Assembly: GCF_006345805.1 (NCBI RefSeq)
Contig: NC_043022.1
Span: 13,454,001-13,518,000, forward strand
Direction: 5' to 3'
Length of the DNA stretch: 64,000 nt
DNA from: Octopus sinensis
Taxonomy: Eukaryota
The position numbers and the translations under genes were made by a program. Positions 63,050 to 64,000 of this stretch are shown in pieces; the first letter of the stretch is position 1, and each line of letters starts with the position of its first letter. The notes beneath the pieces are model-generated. The model saw only the letters and a program-made list of their open reading frames with translations, was not told where the DNA came from and searched no databases.

Positions 63050-63610
63050 GAAAATAGGAAAACCTGGGATGAGGTGGTGAAGCATGACCTTTGAACATTG
63101 GGCCTTATTGAGGCAATGACTAGTGACTGGGACCTTTGGAGATATGCTGTGCTTGAGAAGACCTGACAAGCCAAATAAGACCATAACCTGTGGGCTATGC
63201 CAGTGGGAGTAACCAGCCCACTTATGAATACCCTCATTCACTGGACAATAAACCATGCTTGTGAAGACCTACTGATGCAAGTGAAATCAAAATCAAAATT
63301 GCTGACGTGGCCACTGACAGTACCGCCTGATTGGCATTCGTGCCAGTGGAACATTAGAAGTAGGTAGCATATAAAAACACCTTTTGAGTGTGAGCATGGT
63401 CATTGCCAGGACTGCCTGACTGGCCTTCATGCCGGTGGCACGTAAAAAGCACTCACTACACTCTTGGAGTGGTTGGCATTAGGAAGGGCATCCACCTGTA
63501 GAAACTTTGCCAGACCAGATTGAGCCTGGTGCAGCCTCTGGCTCACTAGTTCTCAGTCAAACTGTCCAACCCATGCCAGCATAGAAAGCAGACGTTAAAC
63601 GATGATGATA
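63050..63610 (+). mobile_element. Short 3' fragment of the same RTE family
   Basis: [26 protein letters not shown], then the shared 3' UTR and (GAT)n tail. Confidence 0.8.
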
Positions 63611-64000
63611 ATATATATATATATTTATATATATTTCGAAACCGAAATCAAAATCAAAGTGAAATTCGATGACGGGCACGAACACCATACGAGCGTGATC
63701 ATTGCCAGCATTGCCTTACTAGCACTTGTGCCCCGTGCTAGTAGGGTGCTAAGAGCACCATCTGAGCGTGATCGCTGCCAGAGCGGCTAACTGGCATCCG
63801 TGCCGGTGGCATGTAGGAGGCACCATTCGAGTGGGATCATTACCAGCATCGCCTTAGTGGCACCTGTGCCATTGGCATGTGTAAAAAATTCAAGCGAGGT
63901 CGTCGCCAGTACCGCCTGACTGGCCCATGTGTAAAAATCCGAGCGAGGTCGTTGCCAGTACCATCTGACCGGCCCCCGTGCCGGTGGCACGTAAAAGCAC

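Overview
Repeat-rich eukaryotic genomic DNA, most likely a coleoid cephalopod (Octopus-like; inferred from the SINE/LINE families and the (TA)n/(CA)n load). Two multi-exon genes lie in tandem on the minus strand. SF3B4 (spliceosomal SAP49) has 9 coding exons visible at 62383->37996, with the first exon beyond the right edge. APPBP2/PAT1 (TPR protein, CRL2 C-degron receptor) has 12 coding exons at 31387->1600 and continues past the left edge. All exons were traced by GT-AG boundaries and phase continuity. Introns are full of RTE, R4-like, CR1 and Tx1/L1 LINE remnants, tRNA/Nin-type SINEs, a mariner relic, and hAT and piggyBac MITEs. Two notable non-coding observations: (1) At least five type-I hammerhead-ribozyme motifs (plus a truncated one) of the Penelope-like 'minimal, palindromic loop III' kind sit in short (TA)n-embedded elements, several with long inverted arms, and two have a variant CCGACGA core. 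(2) A ~6.5 kb, 126-bp-unit tandem array inside a SF3B4 intron was amplified from the ORF2 stop-codon region of a CR1-type LINE whose flanks are still intact on both sides.
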